Assembly: GCA_051942245.1 (NCBI GenBank)
Contig: JAVECL010000044.1
Span: forward strand, 1-64,000
Length of the DNA: 64,000 nucleotides
Reading direction: 5' to 3'
DNA from: Trypethelium eluteriae
Lineage: Eukaryota
This document shows, one piece after another, positions 1 to 13,181 of this stretch (positions are counted from its first letter, which is position 1; the number at the start of each line of letters is the position of its first letter). The notes below the pieces were generated by a model. The model did no database searches. It worked only from the letters and a program-made list of their open reading frames with translations, and was not told the origin of the DNA. Position numbers and translations under genes: made by a program.

Positions 1-824
1 GCAAGATCGCTGCTCTCAAAGCAGGCTTCATGAGTGACCTCCAGAACAAGCTCTCACTTGGGCCGCAACAAGTCAAGAAGGCTGAAGACGAGGAGTCCGC
101 CACCGTTGCGAATGAAGCCGAGGAGAAAGAAAAAGCACCACTCGCCGACGCCCGCAAAGGACGTGCTCGCGGCCCTCAGCGCAGGAAACCGGCTGTCAGT
201 CCCGCTGCTGCTGCCGCCACAACGACGACGACGACGACGTCGGAAGCGGAGTCGAAAGCGGGAAGCGAACTCGTGGCTGCGACGACAGTGTGGAGCATCG
301 ACGACGAGGAGGGCGTGTTGGATGTACCCGCGCACACAGCGGCGGAGGCGCTACAAAGTTTGCTGTCGAAATCTCAGGTCCACCCACCACCACCAGTCCA
401 GGACGCGGCAGCCGCGAAGCCGGTGTCGGATCAGCCAACGCCGCGCTCAGAGAAGAGCGATCCCATTTCTGCGGTCTCTGGTGGCGCGGCGACAGGCATG
501 GCTGCTGCGTCTACTGCCACTGATGCTCCGTCCTTGGCGCTTTCCCGGGAGGAAGACGTCGCAGATAAGGATTCGGTGACGGCGCCGTTGCCGTCTCGGC
601 CTGTTCAGTCGACTTTGGAGGGAGAGAACGAGCCGGTGGCGAAGGAGGTACTGCAGCAAGAAGGGCAGAAAAGGGATGAGGTGACGCAGACTGGGGAGTT
701 GGAGATGGTGATTTCGGACAAGGAGAAGCTGACGGCGTTTGTCGGGGGCAACGCGAGGGACGAGGGGACGGTGGTGGTTGAAAGTGCGAAAGAGCAGGGA
801 GAGGGCGATGAGCAAGAGGCTTGA
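1..824 (+). CDS. AIM21: 3' part of altered inheritance of mitochondria protein 21 (Aim21-like actin/capping-protein regulator); 5' end lies outside the window
   Basis: The frame is open from the window start (KIAALKAGFMSDLQNKLSLGP...KAPLADARKGRARGPQRRKP), a motif I recognise from fungal Aim21 C-termini. An acidic low-complexity tail follows; stop TGA 822-824. Confidence 0.75.
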   Translation, partial: KIAALKAGFMSDLQNKLSLGPQQVKKAEDEESATVANEAEEKEKAPLADARKGRARGPQRRKPAVSPAAAAATTTTTTTSEAESKAGSELVAATTVWSIDDEEGVLDVPAHTAAEALQSLLSKSQVHPPPPVQDAAAAKPVSDQPTPRSEKSDPISAVSGGAATGMAAASTATDAPSLALSREEDVADKDSVTAPLPSRPVQSTLEGENEPVAKEVLQQEGQKRDEVTQTGELEMVISDKEKLTAFVGGNARDEGTVVVESAKEQGEGDEQEA

Positions 825-2995
825 GCTCGAGAGCAGATTTGAGGCGCTAAGGGAGGGCAGGAGAGCGGTTGCAAGAGAATGCTGGAGGGGCGGGAGTCAG
901 TCGTGGGCTGTGATGGTGTATTAGGTGAGAGAACGCCTATTGTGAGACAAATCTGTACATTCCTAGGCTACCGGTGGACCAGCAGATCGAGTTTTCCGAG
1001 ATTGCATGGATCCGAGGATCCTATCTCTAGTCTGCCACACTTTGTTGCTCTAGACTGTTCAAAAGATTTTTTCATTCACTGATCATTTACACAAAATTTT
1101 CATTGCCGGTCATTGCGGCATGCGCTTGTCGCTAATTCTTCATTTCGGGTTAATCAATGGGGCAAGAGAATCTAATTAGAAATATAGGAAAAGGAAAAGA
1201 AAAGGGAAATTAAGGGACACCTGGAAAACTCTCACAGTAGTTCTTGGAGTTGCCTCACTGATATCTTCCTAAGATCGTCGTTAAAAGCTCAACAGAACAT
1301 CGAGAAAGACCAGATCAGCGATCTCTTCTACGGTCCACGAAAGCCTCGTAGAGTACAACTCGAAAGGGCCTTAACAGGATCTCTCGGGCAAATCAAACCT
1401 AAGCCGAAACTTGTATCTTCGTCACAGCCCCGGCTTCCCCTTCGCTTCCCGTACCATTCCGTCCCATCAGCCCAACAGCACCATATCGCTTTCTCCGCTT
1501 TGCTCTATTTGTTCCATTCATTTGCTGACGCTGATGATACCTATTTGTGATAAGCCTGATGGATACCAAGTATCATACCACAATAGGATTGCACTATCGG
1601 TAGATTGCCTGGACTCTTCATCAGAAAGTAGTTGATGCCTTCCTGAAGATCACTTAAAGAGGAAGAGAATTACCTCAACCCAGAGCCAAAAGGCGCACGA
1701 GGACTGCCACTGCCCTGACATCCTGCAAAAGAGATTGACCGACTGCATGAGTTACCAAGGGAATCTCAAATCTTGAGGCTATCCAACAGGCAAAGAAAAG
1801 GAGAGGGGAGAGGGGATAGAGGGCAAAGGAAAATTGATTGAAAGAAGCGCTGCGTATAGAATACATGAGTCCTGTTTCTGCTCTAAATGATCAAGTATTC
1901 TGTCATCTCGTTGCGTGCTAGTGATTTTGGAGATGAAAGGTACGCCTGTTAACCAGCTTTTCTGGCTCATGATCTATGACGAGCCAGTATCATGAAAGAG
2001 CTAGGTATGCCATATTGTTTTTGTCCAAGATGAACGTGGAGGCTGCGGGACGAAATGATGAATATACGATTTGCCTTAAAGAATAACCGTGTGAGTGCAT
2101 GGATCACTGCACTCTCATGATGGCCAAGAGTCAAGAATATCTAAAGATGAAGCTCGGAAAGGATTGCCGAAAATTAATTTCGCGTATAATTTCGATGTTA
2201 CCTGTCATCCATTCGTGCCCCTTCCAGCCCTCATATTTCCCATCATTTAGCTATGTATGTACAACAAGACACCAAATTCCAGACAGTAGACCTCTTCCTC
2301 TTACTGCCAAATGTTTTGCTTCCCATCCAAGAAAATATAAGTTTTGTAAGATTAAAGAAGCAGTAGAGTTCCACTCAATCCGTCCCGTGCTGTCTCTCAC
2401 AGTCGCTGGTTCCACTGTATCCCAACACACACTTCCTATCCCCGTGCCTATTCCCTCTGCCTGCCAAGTCTCCATTTCGCGTGCTACTTCGCTAGTCTTG
2501 ACCTAGCTGTACCACGAAATCGACCCTGCAACAGGAACAGAAGCAGCCGCGTAAAATATCTCGAGGAGCGCATTTTAAAGCGCAGAGGAGATGCCGGCCA
2601 AATCCAGGAAATAACCAGATGCGTAAAGAAATAGGAAAACAGAACCATGAGACAATTAAATTGCGTGCTAAAATGAGAAAGAGAGCACACGTTTCGAGAG
2701 GAAAAGAACAATTGGGAGACATGGTCAGTAAGAAAAATAGAACCCAAAACCAAGCATAGACCCGACCAACACCGTGCGCTACAATATATATAGTGACCGA
2801 ACTCCTGTGACGCCTCGAGAGATTGCCGTATTGGTCCTTTCCGTAGCTTCGAGCATCCACATCTTGGTTTTGACCGAGGCTTTGATATCCCGGGAAAGCG
2901 TCCATACACAGCTTGAAGCTGCAAAGTCATGACAGCAGTGATCATGACAGCAACTGTCACCCGTAGACTTGGATGACCCCTTCAACGCTTTCTCC

Positions 2996-5595
2996 TCATG
3001 AGCTCAACCATTCACAATGACAGCTATTCCCTGGATCCCGTTTCCCCAGAATCCACAGCCCGGTTCGCGCATCACGTTCGGCTTCCCTCCTCACTACTCG
3101 ACCCCCACTCCCTGATGGTGGCGGAAAGAAGTTTGGATCCGACTCCTGCAAGTAGACGTTCCATGGATTTTGGGAACCATCCGGATTCTGGACGTACCCA
3201 AGGGTGCCGTCGTTTAGAACTTGCATGCGTGTGCAGTAAGGTGGCGCTCCAATGCCTGGGAGGCGACGTTCTTCGATTTTGACGGCACGCGGGTAGATGA
3301 AGGTGGGCCCTTGTTGATTGTTGTTGCTATTATTATCGTTGTTGTTGCCGTTGTTGCCGTTATTGCCACTATTGCCACTATTGCCATTATTGCCGTCATT
3401 GCCATTGTTACCATTGTTACCATTGTTCGAGTTAGAGTTAGAAGAATCGTCCCGACGGCGCGAGCCCTGGAAACCTTGAGGCGGAGAAGGATAGTAGGGG
3501 TTGGGAGGTGAGAAGTTTTCGCTATTCGCGGAGAAACTACTAGTGAAGGAGTTGACGATATTGGGTGGTGAAGACCCTGGGGTCGTAGAAGCTGCAGCAG
3601 TGGGCGCAGAGGTTATGAGCGTAGTTGTAGTAGGAGAGATGGCGATGCTGGAAGTGGGCGTATCTGAGGAAGCGGAGACCGGTATCGCGGAAGTAATTGA
3701 GGAGTCAGAGACAGATATCGTGGGAGTAGCAGGGCTGAAGGTATCCGAGGAAGAAGTGGAGGTAGAAGGTACTTCTGAGGCGCTCACCATACTGCTGAGA
3801 GAAGCCACGGCTGATGCAGACACATTGTGTGTATCGTACACGAATAGCTCGACAGAAGTGCTATTCCAAAAGCAAACCCATGGTTGATCGCCCGGTGAGA
3901 CGTCGTTTCGATGGTGGAAAAATTGGTTCCCATAATAGTTATTTTGGCCATTTTGGCCATTTTGGTTGCGCTTGGTCTTTTGACTTGGATCGAACATTGA
4001 TGAGTCAAGAATGACAGTTTTGTTGTATGTTGATTGGAAGTAGTAAGCTGGACCTAGATTAGGAGCCTCCAAATCCATTACAAGGTAGAGGGGCGCAGGT
4101 CCAAATTGTGGTGGCTGGGTGCCATATTGGATGGGTGAGCCGGCCTCAGGATTGATGACCTGTGCCATAGCCATACCTCCCATTTCGTTATTAACGAGGA
4201 GATTGACTGGAGCCATATGAGGCTCGTTGGCTAGGTTGCAAGACCATGTGTCAATCTGAGAGGGGTCGGTGAGGCAAGAGCTTTGAGATTCTTGAGGAAT
4301 GCCGAGAGGTACACCATAAGTGCCAGTGGGAAGCATGGGGAGGTTTGCTGGCGTTGGTATCGTTGAGGCATCAATTAGGGAATGTGCACTGCGGAAGGAT
4401 GCAATGCTATATCTTGTTAGCAAACAATAAGTGCGCTATCAAAAAACACTGACCTTCTTGATGCAGCAGCTGCCTCAGCATGATCATGAGCTACAAAGCC
4501 TCCGACTATTCCACCTATTATTGCTGCCAGCAGCAAGACCAATCCAGCTGCGAGCAGAAGTATCCAGAATGGAAATCTGCCACTACAGAATCTTGTATGT
4601 CGTTTTTCCCGCCAGGATTTCTCACTCCAGGATTTTTCGGGAAGCCCACTTTCCATCTGTTCAACAGTTCCTGATCTTCTATTAGAAGCATCGGTGGACG
4701 TCGCATTGGCGATTTGCTCCTGTGTATCCCTTATCAAAGTCTCGTTGGAGTTCAGCGGCTGCACATCCGCCTCCGATTCAGATTCCCCTATAGCCATCCC
4801 CTTGCCAGCCATATTCTCGGGAAATCTTGTATAAGGTGGCAGTTGCTCTGTATGACCATCGGGTCCTATTATATCTTGTTCTTCGCCCTCTGGCCCCAGG
4901 CGACGGTGGAAGCGATCGTCGGTTGAATGGCCCGGGAATCCGACCGGTATTGATTCATCTACGGGACTGACCTCACCATCTTCAGGATCGGCAAAGACAT
5001 TTTGAGGGTACATGCCGTAAGGGTGGGCCGGTCGCGTCGCACTTGATTCTGATCGTGGAGGACCTCGAAGCGTAGAAGATGTTCTGCTACTAAGTGATCT
5101 ATCGACTCCGACACCTTGAGGATACAGGGCGTAGGGGTGGCTAGGGCCAGAAGCGCCTTGGAATGGACTTTGAGATCGAACATTGCCGGTAAGGGTGGAG
5201 GAAGATGAAGTACTGTTTGACCGTTGTTGCTGATATGGAGTGGCCGCCGAACTCGATGATCGGAGACTCTCTGCCCTTTGCGGCAATGGTACTCCTCGTG
5301 GGCCATCGCGTGATAATCTTTGAGGATCCAACGCTGCATATCCCTTGCTGATACTACTTCTTGGTTGTGAGATGGCGGGTGTAGTCTTAGATTCAATCGG
5401 ATTCCCTATCGACAAGGACCTCCTCATTGAAGCCGAAGCCCGGGGAAGGGCCGTCTCCTGATCCAGCAACGGTCGAAAGCCATCAACGACGGTATCATGA
5501 TGTTCAATGGCATAGTCGTCTGAGAAAATGTCCGGGTTATCTTGTACTGGTGGCGTCCTGGCACCACTGTCGCGCGAAATCCGACTATTCTCCAT
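2996..5595 (-). CDS. Conserved fungal single-pass membrane protein (Pro/Ser-rich N-terminus, TM helix, Cys-containing extracellular domain with an Asn/Gly low-complexity tract)
   Basis: Two long ORFs (4417-5610 and 2996-4423) are joined by a short intron near 4407-4453 (GTCAGT donor, GCTAAC branch point). Motifs IIGPDGHTEQLPPY, the TM segment ILLLAAGLVLLLAAIIGGIVGGFV and a C-terminal SCHCEW. First ATG at 5595. Confidence 0.8.
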
Positions 5596-6815
5596 GGCGT
5601 CGTCAGGCACGGCAGCTCTGACGCAGCGGGTCTCCCGCGACGACAGAAATGACTACCTTATGGCCGTCGACAACGTCACGGAGGTTCAATCTGGGTGGAA
5701 AATTTGGTGGTAAGGCGTCCGAGGTGTGAACGGCGACAGGACGGATGAATTGAGGATAGCGAAGGACAGGAAGGACGACGAGACGAAGGCTGGCAGAGAG
5801 TCAGGGCCGGCGTGTGTGGTGTTTGAGGTCGAGGGCACGGTCGCTGGAGGCTGCCCGGCTGGGCTAGTCCCGAAGTGAGAGACTGAGGGCGTGGGAGACG
5901 GAGACTTGCACAAGTCCAGGAGTTCCAGGTACTAAGCGCTAAAAGTGGAGGCCGGAGTTTCACCTCTCGCCCGCGACGAGGGCCATACTTTCGTTCTTGC
6001 CCTTCGATTCCACGATTGTGCAAAGCGAATGGGGACAGAGTGTCTTGGCAGAGAACGGAATCAAGACACCAAAACATCTCTCGCCTTCTCGGGGAGAGAG
6101 GGGAAAGGACTGCCGCACTGCAGCTTCCGTATCGGTAGCCCAAAGCGGATGCGAATCGTGATCAGCCGGCCCCGTCTGAAGGCAAACTGCCTAAACTCGC
6201 TCGCCTTTTCCTGTTGCCAAGAATTCATCATTATTGCCCTGCTGTGTTGCTGTATATTTGTAGACGGTACATCATCTAATAATCTGCAGTACCATCGTCT
6301 ATGATATTTGGCAATAATATCGTCGCATGCTTCCTACTTCTTACTCAACGTGTGGGTGGTGTGAGTTCGGCCAGTCAAGCTTCTGACAGGGGCCGCTTCA
6401 AGATTCCACGCCCAATGCAGAACCATCCTTGAACAACCACCCCTCTGATTGGTCTAGCCCAATATCCTGATGGCTGCATAAAACATGGGCCGAAGGGTAA
6501 CCGGATAGGGGAGGCCTTGGAGTATGCTTGCAGCTACTAAATTGCTTTTTACTGTCGAACATGTGAGCAATCATTGCATTGCAGCTTGACTCTCAGTAGA
6601 AATGATTGCTTTGATGTTACAGAGGTACAGAGTCTAGGTATCGCCACATGGAAGGCCGGTTCAGCCGATCGAAAACATTCTAACACCGCTGAGACATTGC
6701 CCATTTCAGCTAGATCTGCATAGGCTCTCCTTCTCTGACCCTAACAATAATTCGCCGAGACGCCACCGATGCTGTCGCAAGTAAACAGTGGGATATCACA
6801 CGTGACCATACCCTA

Positions 6816-8520
6816 TCAGACGGGATAGCCCATCAACCCGATCTTCAGTCTCCCTCTTGCTCCATCCTTGATTTCTGATCCCCAGCGGCTCCTCCAATCT
6901 CGCTCTGTCTGTTTTGCTGCTTCAAATGCCACTCGGCATTCTGTCGGCAGTTCATCAAGGACTTCCGGGGGCAGGTTGGCAAGACCATTGGGTCCAACAT
7001 CCAAGCAGTCGCCACCTGGTCCAGGTATTCCCATTCCCGACATTGACGGCGACTCAAACACAGTATCCGTGACCATGAAGTTGCGCTTGATCACCGCTGG
7101 AACTTTATCGAAAATCGATCGCGATTGCGATTCCATCCCGCCGGGAACTCCTGTCTCTGCTGCATGACCATTTGCCATCTTAGTGTCGCCATTTACGAGC
7201 CCAAGCTGCTTCGATCCGAAGTTACCTTCAGCTAGACTCTCTTCAACTTGCTCGAATCGGGCATGCGTAGGCTGCATAATCTTGGGATAGAACATGTAGT
7301 TAGTGTGTGGTTCGTACACACCATCTAGATTGAGTCGTCGATTTGCGGCCAATGTCGTATTGAAACGGCTGTTCGCCAATTAGCATGGTAGCCTTGGAAA
7401 GCCTAAGTACGGAAAATTGTAACTGACCTGGCCTCTCTGGCATGTTCAAACTGCCAGTTGGTTGAAGTAATAGGAATTTTCCGTTTGCCAGTCATCGCTT
7501 TACCATTTGGCATCGGCACACTAGGTCCTCCAGTGTGGTAAACCGCACTTGCGCCATGCCATGCGACATATTGATTCTTGTTGTATGGCTCACCTGGTGG
7601 TGGTAGTCGGTCATTCGGATCTGCAATTTCGCCCTCAATATCGCCGTTTGCGCGTGCTACTTGCATGTAGTAGTCGTCGATGACTTTCCTTCCTCCAATA
7701 ATTATTCGGGCGCCGAATTCGCGGAAGACGGATCTGGCCGTGACCACACCAATGGCACGACCCTTGTATGAATGAGGGATAATGTCGCGTTCGATCAGAT
7801 TACGCTTCTCATCATCGTCTATGATGATCTTATAGAGCTTTGGATGTTTGGTGAAGAACAAATAACTGTCTCGGAAGCCAGTACATCGCGCAGGCTCGGT
7901 GGATAACATGTAGAGGCGGTCGCCGCGACCCTCAATTGTGAAAACTCTGACGCGATAGTCTCGTCCATCCTGCAGATTACCAAATCGATCTACTTTCTGC
8001 TCGCCGTCAGGGTCTTCTGGTAGAGCAACCTCATCGTCGACGACATCCATCATGTTGCCTTCTTTGTCGATCGGCACCCTGGTTACGTGAGAGGGTCCTC
8101 CTCTTGGTCGACCTCGAAAACCTCCAGGTCCTGAAGGCCTCCCTCTTCTCCGCTTGACAGGTGTGCCACCTTCTGATGCGCCATCAATAGCTGGCTCGGG
8201 CGTTGCATTCCAATCCGGTGGCCGATTCTTAGGCGGCCGCCCCAGTCGTTTTCGACGTGGAATGGTTTGCACCGTAGGTGGAGTGGCTGCGTCAGCTTCG
8301 GATTCTTGAGCCGCTGCGCTCGCATCGTCTTCTTCCTGGGGTGTTGCGATCTGATCATCTTCACCTCCGTCTACCATCTCTTCATCCTCTTCCGGGGGTG
8401 CAGCTGGAGTCGGTGTTCCTAGGGAGAGTTTAGCAGTAGAACGACTCGAAACAACAGATAGGTGAGTGTACTATGTATCGCGGAGGCAGCCCGCGGAGGG
8501 CGCCCTCTTCGACCAGGCAT
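6816..8520 (-). CDS. NPL6: RSC/SWI-SNF chromatin remodelling complex subunit Rsc7/Npl6/Swp82
   Basis: ATG at 8520 (MPGRRGRPPRAA), AT-hook-like GRPP/RGRP motifs and the conserved core LYMLSTEPARCTGFRDSYLFF...IPHSYKGRAIGVVTARSVFREFGARII. Introns near 8419-8470 and 7370-7427. Confidence 0.88.
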
Positions 8521-9051
8521 TGTGCGCTCAACGACGTAAAACTGTGGTGAGTGTTAACACAAGGCACGCATTCGCGCGCATCGGTCTGGTATACGGATAG
8601 CTCAAGGGAGAAAAGGTTGGGGCGCGCGGATATAAGCGAGGCGCTAAGCTAGTGACGCGCTTGCTGATCATGTGCAGCCAAACACCCTTGAGTACCTGGG
8701 CTTGCTAGTTAACATGCCACCGTGCCTGGCTCAGTCGATGGTGAATGAAAGAATATGGAACTCCGATCACCTCACTAGTTTTCCATCCTTCTCACTCTCC
8801 ACCACCTCTCGACACTCTCCTTCACTTGTCGCGCTTGGATGATACCGCGCTCTCTGCTTGCATGCCGGCCTCCCGATCACCGCTGCGAAGCATTCATTGC
8901 ATAAAGCAGTCACACATCCTCTCTTAGCTTCGCTGGACTATTAGTACCAATGTCGACAACAATACGACTCCCTTGTACTTCAAGACTCCCGCGGTAGCCT
9001 CCCGTACCCGATCTTCCTACAGAGCTGCACGCAACTGCGAGATCCAAGATC

Positions 9052-10493
9052 ATGGCGCTAACAGCCAGTGCACCGGTCCTTCCTTCATCGCAACCTGCTG
9101 CGCGCCACCCACCTACACTGCCTTACAAAGTCTTGGAAGAAACCGAGAAACAATGGCTGTTCTCCGAAGACGAGCTAAGACGAACTCCGTCAGTGGCCGA
9201 CGGCATGACACCAGAGACGGAGAGGGAATTGCGCGGGAAAGGTGTTAATTTTATTTCCCAGGTTGGCATTATGTTGAAGCTACCACAATTAACGCTATCG
9301 ACCGCGGCTGTATTTTTTAACCGATTTTTGATGCGCAATTCACTGGTAGACAAGCCCGGGAGAAAAGCGCTACATCACTATGTAAGACTTTCCTAACTAC
9401 ATTCCTACGTATGTTCCGCGTACTGGATAGGAACGCGGAAGGACTTGCTTCTCCATCCACAAATTGAAACCTTGATTACGAACAAGACATACATTTACTA
9501 AACAAGAACTTTCTTTAGCAAGTTGCTGCCACTGCCGTATTTCTCGCAACAAAAGTCGAAGAAAATTGCCGGAAAGTCAAAGAACTCGTTATCGCTTGTT
9601 GCCGCGTCGCACAGAAGAATCCCAATCTCATAGTCGACGAACAGTCTAAAGACTACTGGCGCTGGAAAGACACCATCCTCCTCAATGAAGACGTGCTCCT
9701 CGAGAACCTCTGCTTCGATCTCACCATCGAAGCACCCCATAAAATCTTCTACGAATACCTCAAACTCCACGGGGTGGAACACCACCGCGAACTCCGCAAT
9801 GCTGGTTGGGCTTTCCTTAACGACGCAATCCTCACCCAGCTATGCCTCCTCTTCCCCTCACGCACCATCGCCGCCGCCGCCCTCTACTGCGCAGCCCGCT
9901 ACTGCGCCGTCGCCTTCCCAGATTCACCGCCGGGTCGGCCCTGGTGGGAGATGCACGGGGTCCGGCTCACTGATATCAGGCGCGCCTGCAAGTACATGGT
10001 GAATTGCTACGAGAACACGCCCCTCCGACCGGGCATGGAAGCCATCTATGTAAGCCTGCGCTCCCCTCCTCCTCAACCGCCGTCGTCGCGCCGCGATGAT
10101 GCGAACGGCGACGACGGAGGCATTGCTCCCCTTGCGTGCGGGCCGCCCGAAGAGGAGAGGACGAGGCTAAGGATTTTTTCGCAGACGCCGCAGACGCCGT
10201 TGGCGGGGCCGGGCGGCCTAGGTGCGGCCGCGGGCGCTGGTGCGATGGAGCGGAGTGTGAGTGCCGAGAGCGATGCGAGTCGGAAACGGAGGAGGGAGGT
10301 TGTCGAGCCGATTGGAAATGGAGATGCGACGACTGAGCGGCCGCCGGAGAAGAGGACAAAGATGGAGACTGCGGAGAACTCTAAGATGGATGAGGAGGTG
10401 GAGAGGGTGAAGAATGGAGACATGAAGAATGAGAATGGGAAGCTTGGAGTGGATGATGATAACGTAAGTGAGGAAGGGGAGCTTGATGAATGA
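9052..10493 (+). CDS. Transcription-associated cyclin (cyclin T/K type, Pch1/Bur2/Ctk2-like)
   Basis: Cyclin box QWLFSEDEL..TPS...RGKGVNFISQVGIMLKLPQLTLSTAAVFFNRFLMR. Intron 9382-9518 (GTAAGA...TTTAG). Exon 2 reads VAATAVFLATKVEENCRKVKE...EDVLLENLCFDLTIEAPH. Confidence 0.9.
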
Positions 10494-10820
10494 GTTTCGC
10501 TATGACGAAGATGTTCTTTTTTACGCTCCAGAAGGATCATCCGGCATTTGGATTTGCTGGAGTCGTTCAAGAGTCAAACGATTTGATGTACAAACAGCAT
10601 GGCGTTCAATGGGCTTGAATAAAAGGATACCTTTGGGCAAGCTATCAGGAGTACCTAAGGCGGGCAAACTCTACAGCGAGGGGTCGTATTTTTGACGCTC
10701 AGCGGCTGTCTGATGATCAAAGACGATTTTTTGCCGCATTCGTATATCTATTTCCAACAGTTTCTATTCATATGAAAATTGAAGATCTATCAAAATCTAA
10801 GGCCTTGCGGCGGCTCGAGT

Positions 10821-12693
10821 CTACGATGACCGATGACGCTCCTCGTCCGGCCCAACAAGGTCCTCTTCCACGTCTCCACCTTTTCTCTCCTCCGCACCCC
10901 TCCATCCAGTCCCTGCTTGTATCACCGTCGCCACCACCGCTAATACACTCCCCGCCAGAAACAGCGTCTTCAACGCCGTCTCGAACCCCTGGGCCGCCAC
11001 CGCCCTCTCCGCTCCTTGCAATCTCGCCGCGAGCGCGGGACTCCCCAACAGCCTCGTCGTCAACTCCTGCCTATCTTCCAAGCCCGCCTCCGCGAAACCC
11101 CTCTCCAGCGCCCGCTTCAGCGTCCTCGCAAAAATCCCACCCCCGATCGCGCTCCCGAAGCTCCCCGCAAAGCCGCGGAATGTCGCCAACAACGGCGTGA
11201 CGATCGTGTGCGTCTCAGCCGGCGTGAGATGCAGCAGGTGCGCCATGGTGTAATTCAGGATCGCGCCAGTGACCAGCCCGTTCGCGAAAGCCGCAGCCAT
11301 GTATACCGGCGCTGACGAGGCGGCGGTGGAGAGGCCGGCCAGCACGAATAGCGAGGCGGCGAAGCAGGCGAAGGCGATGACGCAGGCGAGGTAGAAGGAG
11401 CCCTGGCGTCGGATGTGGAGCCAGCCAGCGAGCAGGCCACCGACGCCGAAGCCGAAGTTGGTGGGGAGCAGGATCAGGCCGGCGGAGGCCTGGGACCAGC
11501 GTCGGACTGCGAGGGTGTAGACAGGGGTGTAGAAGAGGACGGTCCAGCGGGCGAGCATGAGGGCGAGGGTGGCGAGGCAGGAGAGGAGGGTTGCGCGGGA
11601 GCGGAGGATAGGGATGGGAATGACGGGGCTAGAGGCGAGGCGAGATTCGATGAGGAAGAAGAGGGGGAACGCGACGAAGAGAGAGAGGAGGAGGGGGACG
11701 ATGCTGATGGGGTCGGAGGAGAGGCCATATAGGAAAAGGACGATTGTGAGGATCCACGTCAAGGCGCCAAGGTAGTCGATCTGGGCGATTTGAGTGCGCA
11801 ACGGTTCTTTATGGTTACCTTCGGGTATGGAGAGAGAGTCTGGGGCAGAGAAGAAGATACCAATGCCGGCAACTGACGCTAGAGGAGCTTGAATCCAGAA
11901 GATTGGTCGCTTGAGGTTTGTTAGGGGGAGAAAGCAATATGATCGGGGATGGACGATGTACTTACCCATCCATATGGTTTGACCATGGCGCCTGCGATAA
12001 CAGCACCAAACGATACACCAATCGTGAATCCGCTGTTCAGCAGTCCAATATACAACCCTCTTCTTTTTGCGCTACTCAACTTCAAAATCAATATCATAGA
12101 TACTGAGAAGACCCCGGCAGCTCCAATACCTGCGACAACTCTACCCAGAAGGAAGACCGCCAGCGTTGGCGCTATGGATGTCACGATAGCGCCGACTGAA
12201 AAGATCAGGGTTGAGAAGGTTATGTATGTTCGGGGCGAGATTATTCTACATATTCGTCCACCGAGGGGTGCCAGGCTCGACATGGCAATCTACAGGGGTA
12301 TCAATTAGGGCTGTCCTCGAGAAGTTGTTGATGAATACGAACAAGGAAGGCAGAGGTAAACCAGCTTGCTTGGCGAAAAGCGTCTAGCTCTTCGCTGATG
12401 AAGCCTTGAGTGGTCGATATGAGGGAGATGTTGGAGGCTATATCTTTCGGTCAGCTATTGCTCTCTAAATGCGATTCTTTTTCACGTTCAATTCGCATAC
12501 CATGGAGGAAAATTAACACGCCCAGGCAGATGAAGATTGCTAGTCCGCGAAGCCTGGATAGTCCTTCAGCCGGAGTCCCATCTCTTTCATCACCGACACT
12601 TCCAGCCGTGGTGTCAACGGGGCCATTCACCGGATCAGGCTCGATGCGCAGCAACGACGTGCGCTCCGTCGCAAGGCCGTGACTCTCCGCCAT
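10821..12693 (-). CDS. MFS multidrug / vacuolar basic amino acid transporter (DHA2/Vba-like)
   Basis: Multi-exon gene (ORF pieces 12451-12693, 11921-12283, 10821-11969) with many hydrophobic helices, the motif FLLGRVVAGIGAAG and FRGFAGSFGSAIGGGIF. Confidence 0.88.
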
Positions 12694-13181
12694 CTCAAAT
12701 ACTGGGACAACTGAAGGGGACGAAGGCGAGGATTTGCCATTATTTTGAAGCTTGGATTACATCTAGAATGCCGTGACTTGTCCGTATTGATTCGTAATAT
12801 GACGTTCATAGCCCCGTAGGCGCAGGTACTAGCGTGCGATTTGCCAACATGGGCAAATGACTGAACTAAGCGGCTGTTTTGACAGATGCAAAGATAGGCG
12901 CGCGGTTGTACTCTAGAGGAGCTCAAGACACGGCGGGGCAATGCACCTTCGTGACTCTTCATCTCCCTCTTCCACGGCAGAGAGATACAGTTCAGTACAG
13001 TACAGAAGCGCTTAGCATCCACGGTAAAGTACAGCTGCAAACATACCAGAGCGAACCAAATAAATCTACTCTACCAGACGTCAAACGATCTCGACAAGCC
13101 AGTCAAACCAGCAAAAATACACTTTTTCCATCACAACTTACTGGTCTCAGAACCATCAACAGACAAATTCTTTCCGACAAT

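Noticed and set aside
825..2990. 2.1-kb gap between convergent genes, with TGATGA/CTGA motifs and purine tracts; considered as snoRNA, hammerhead ribozyme, RNase P/MRP or telomerase RNA
   Set aside because: I could not identify a complete C/D box pair with terminal stem, a hammerhead core geometry, conserved P/MRP regions or a telomere template by eye. An Rfam/Infernal scan would be needed.
3300..3450. (TTG/TTA/CCA)-type periodic repeat
   Set aside because: It encodes the Asn/Gly low-complexity tract of the minus-strand membrane protein and is not an independent repeat element.
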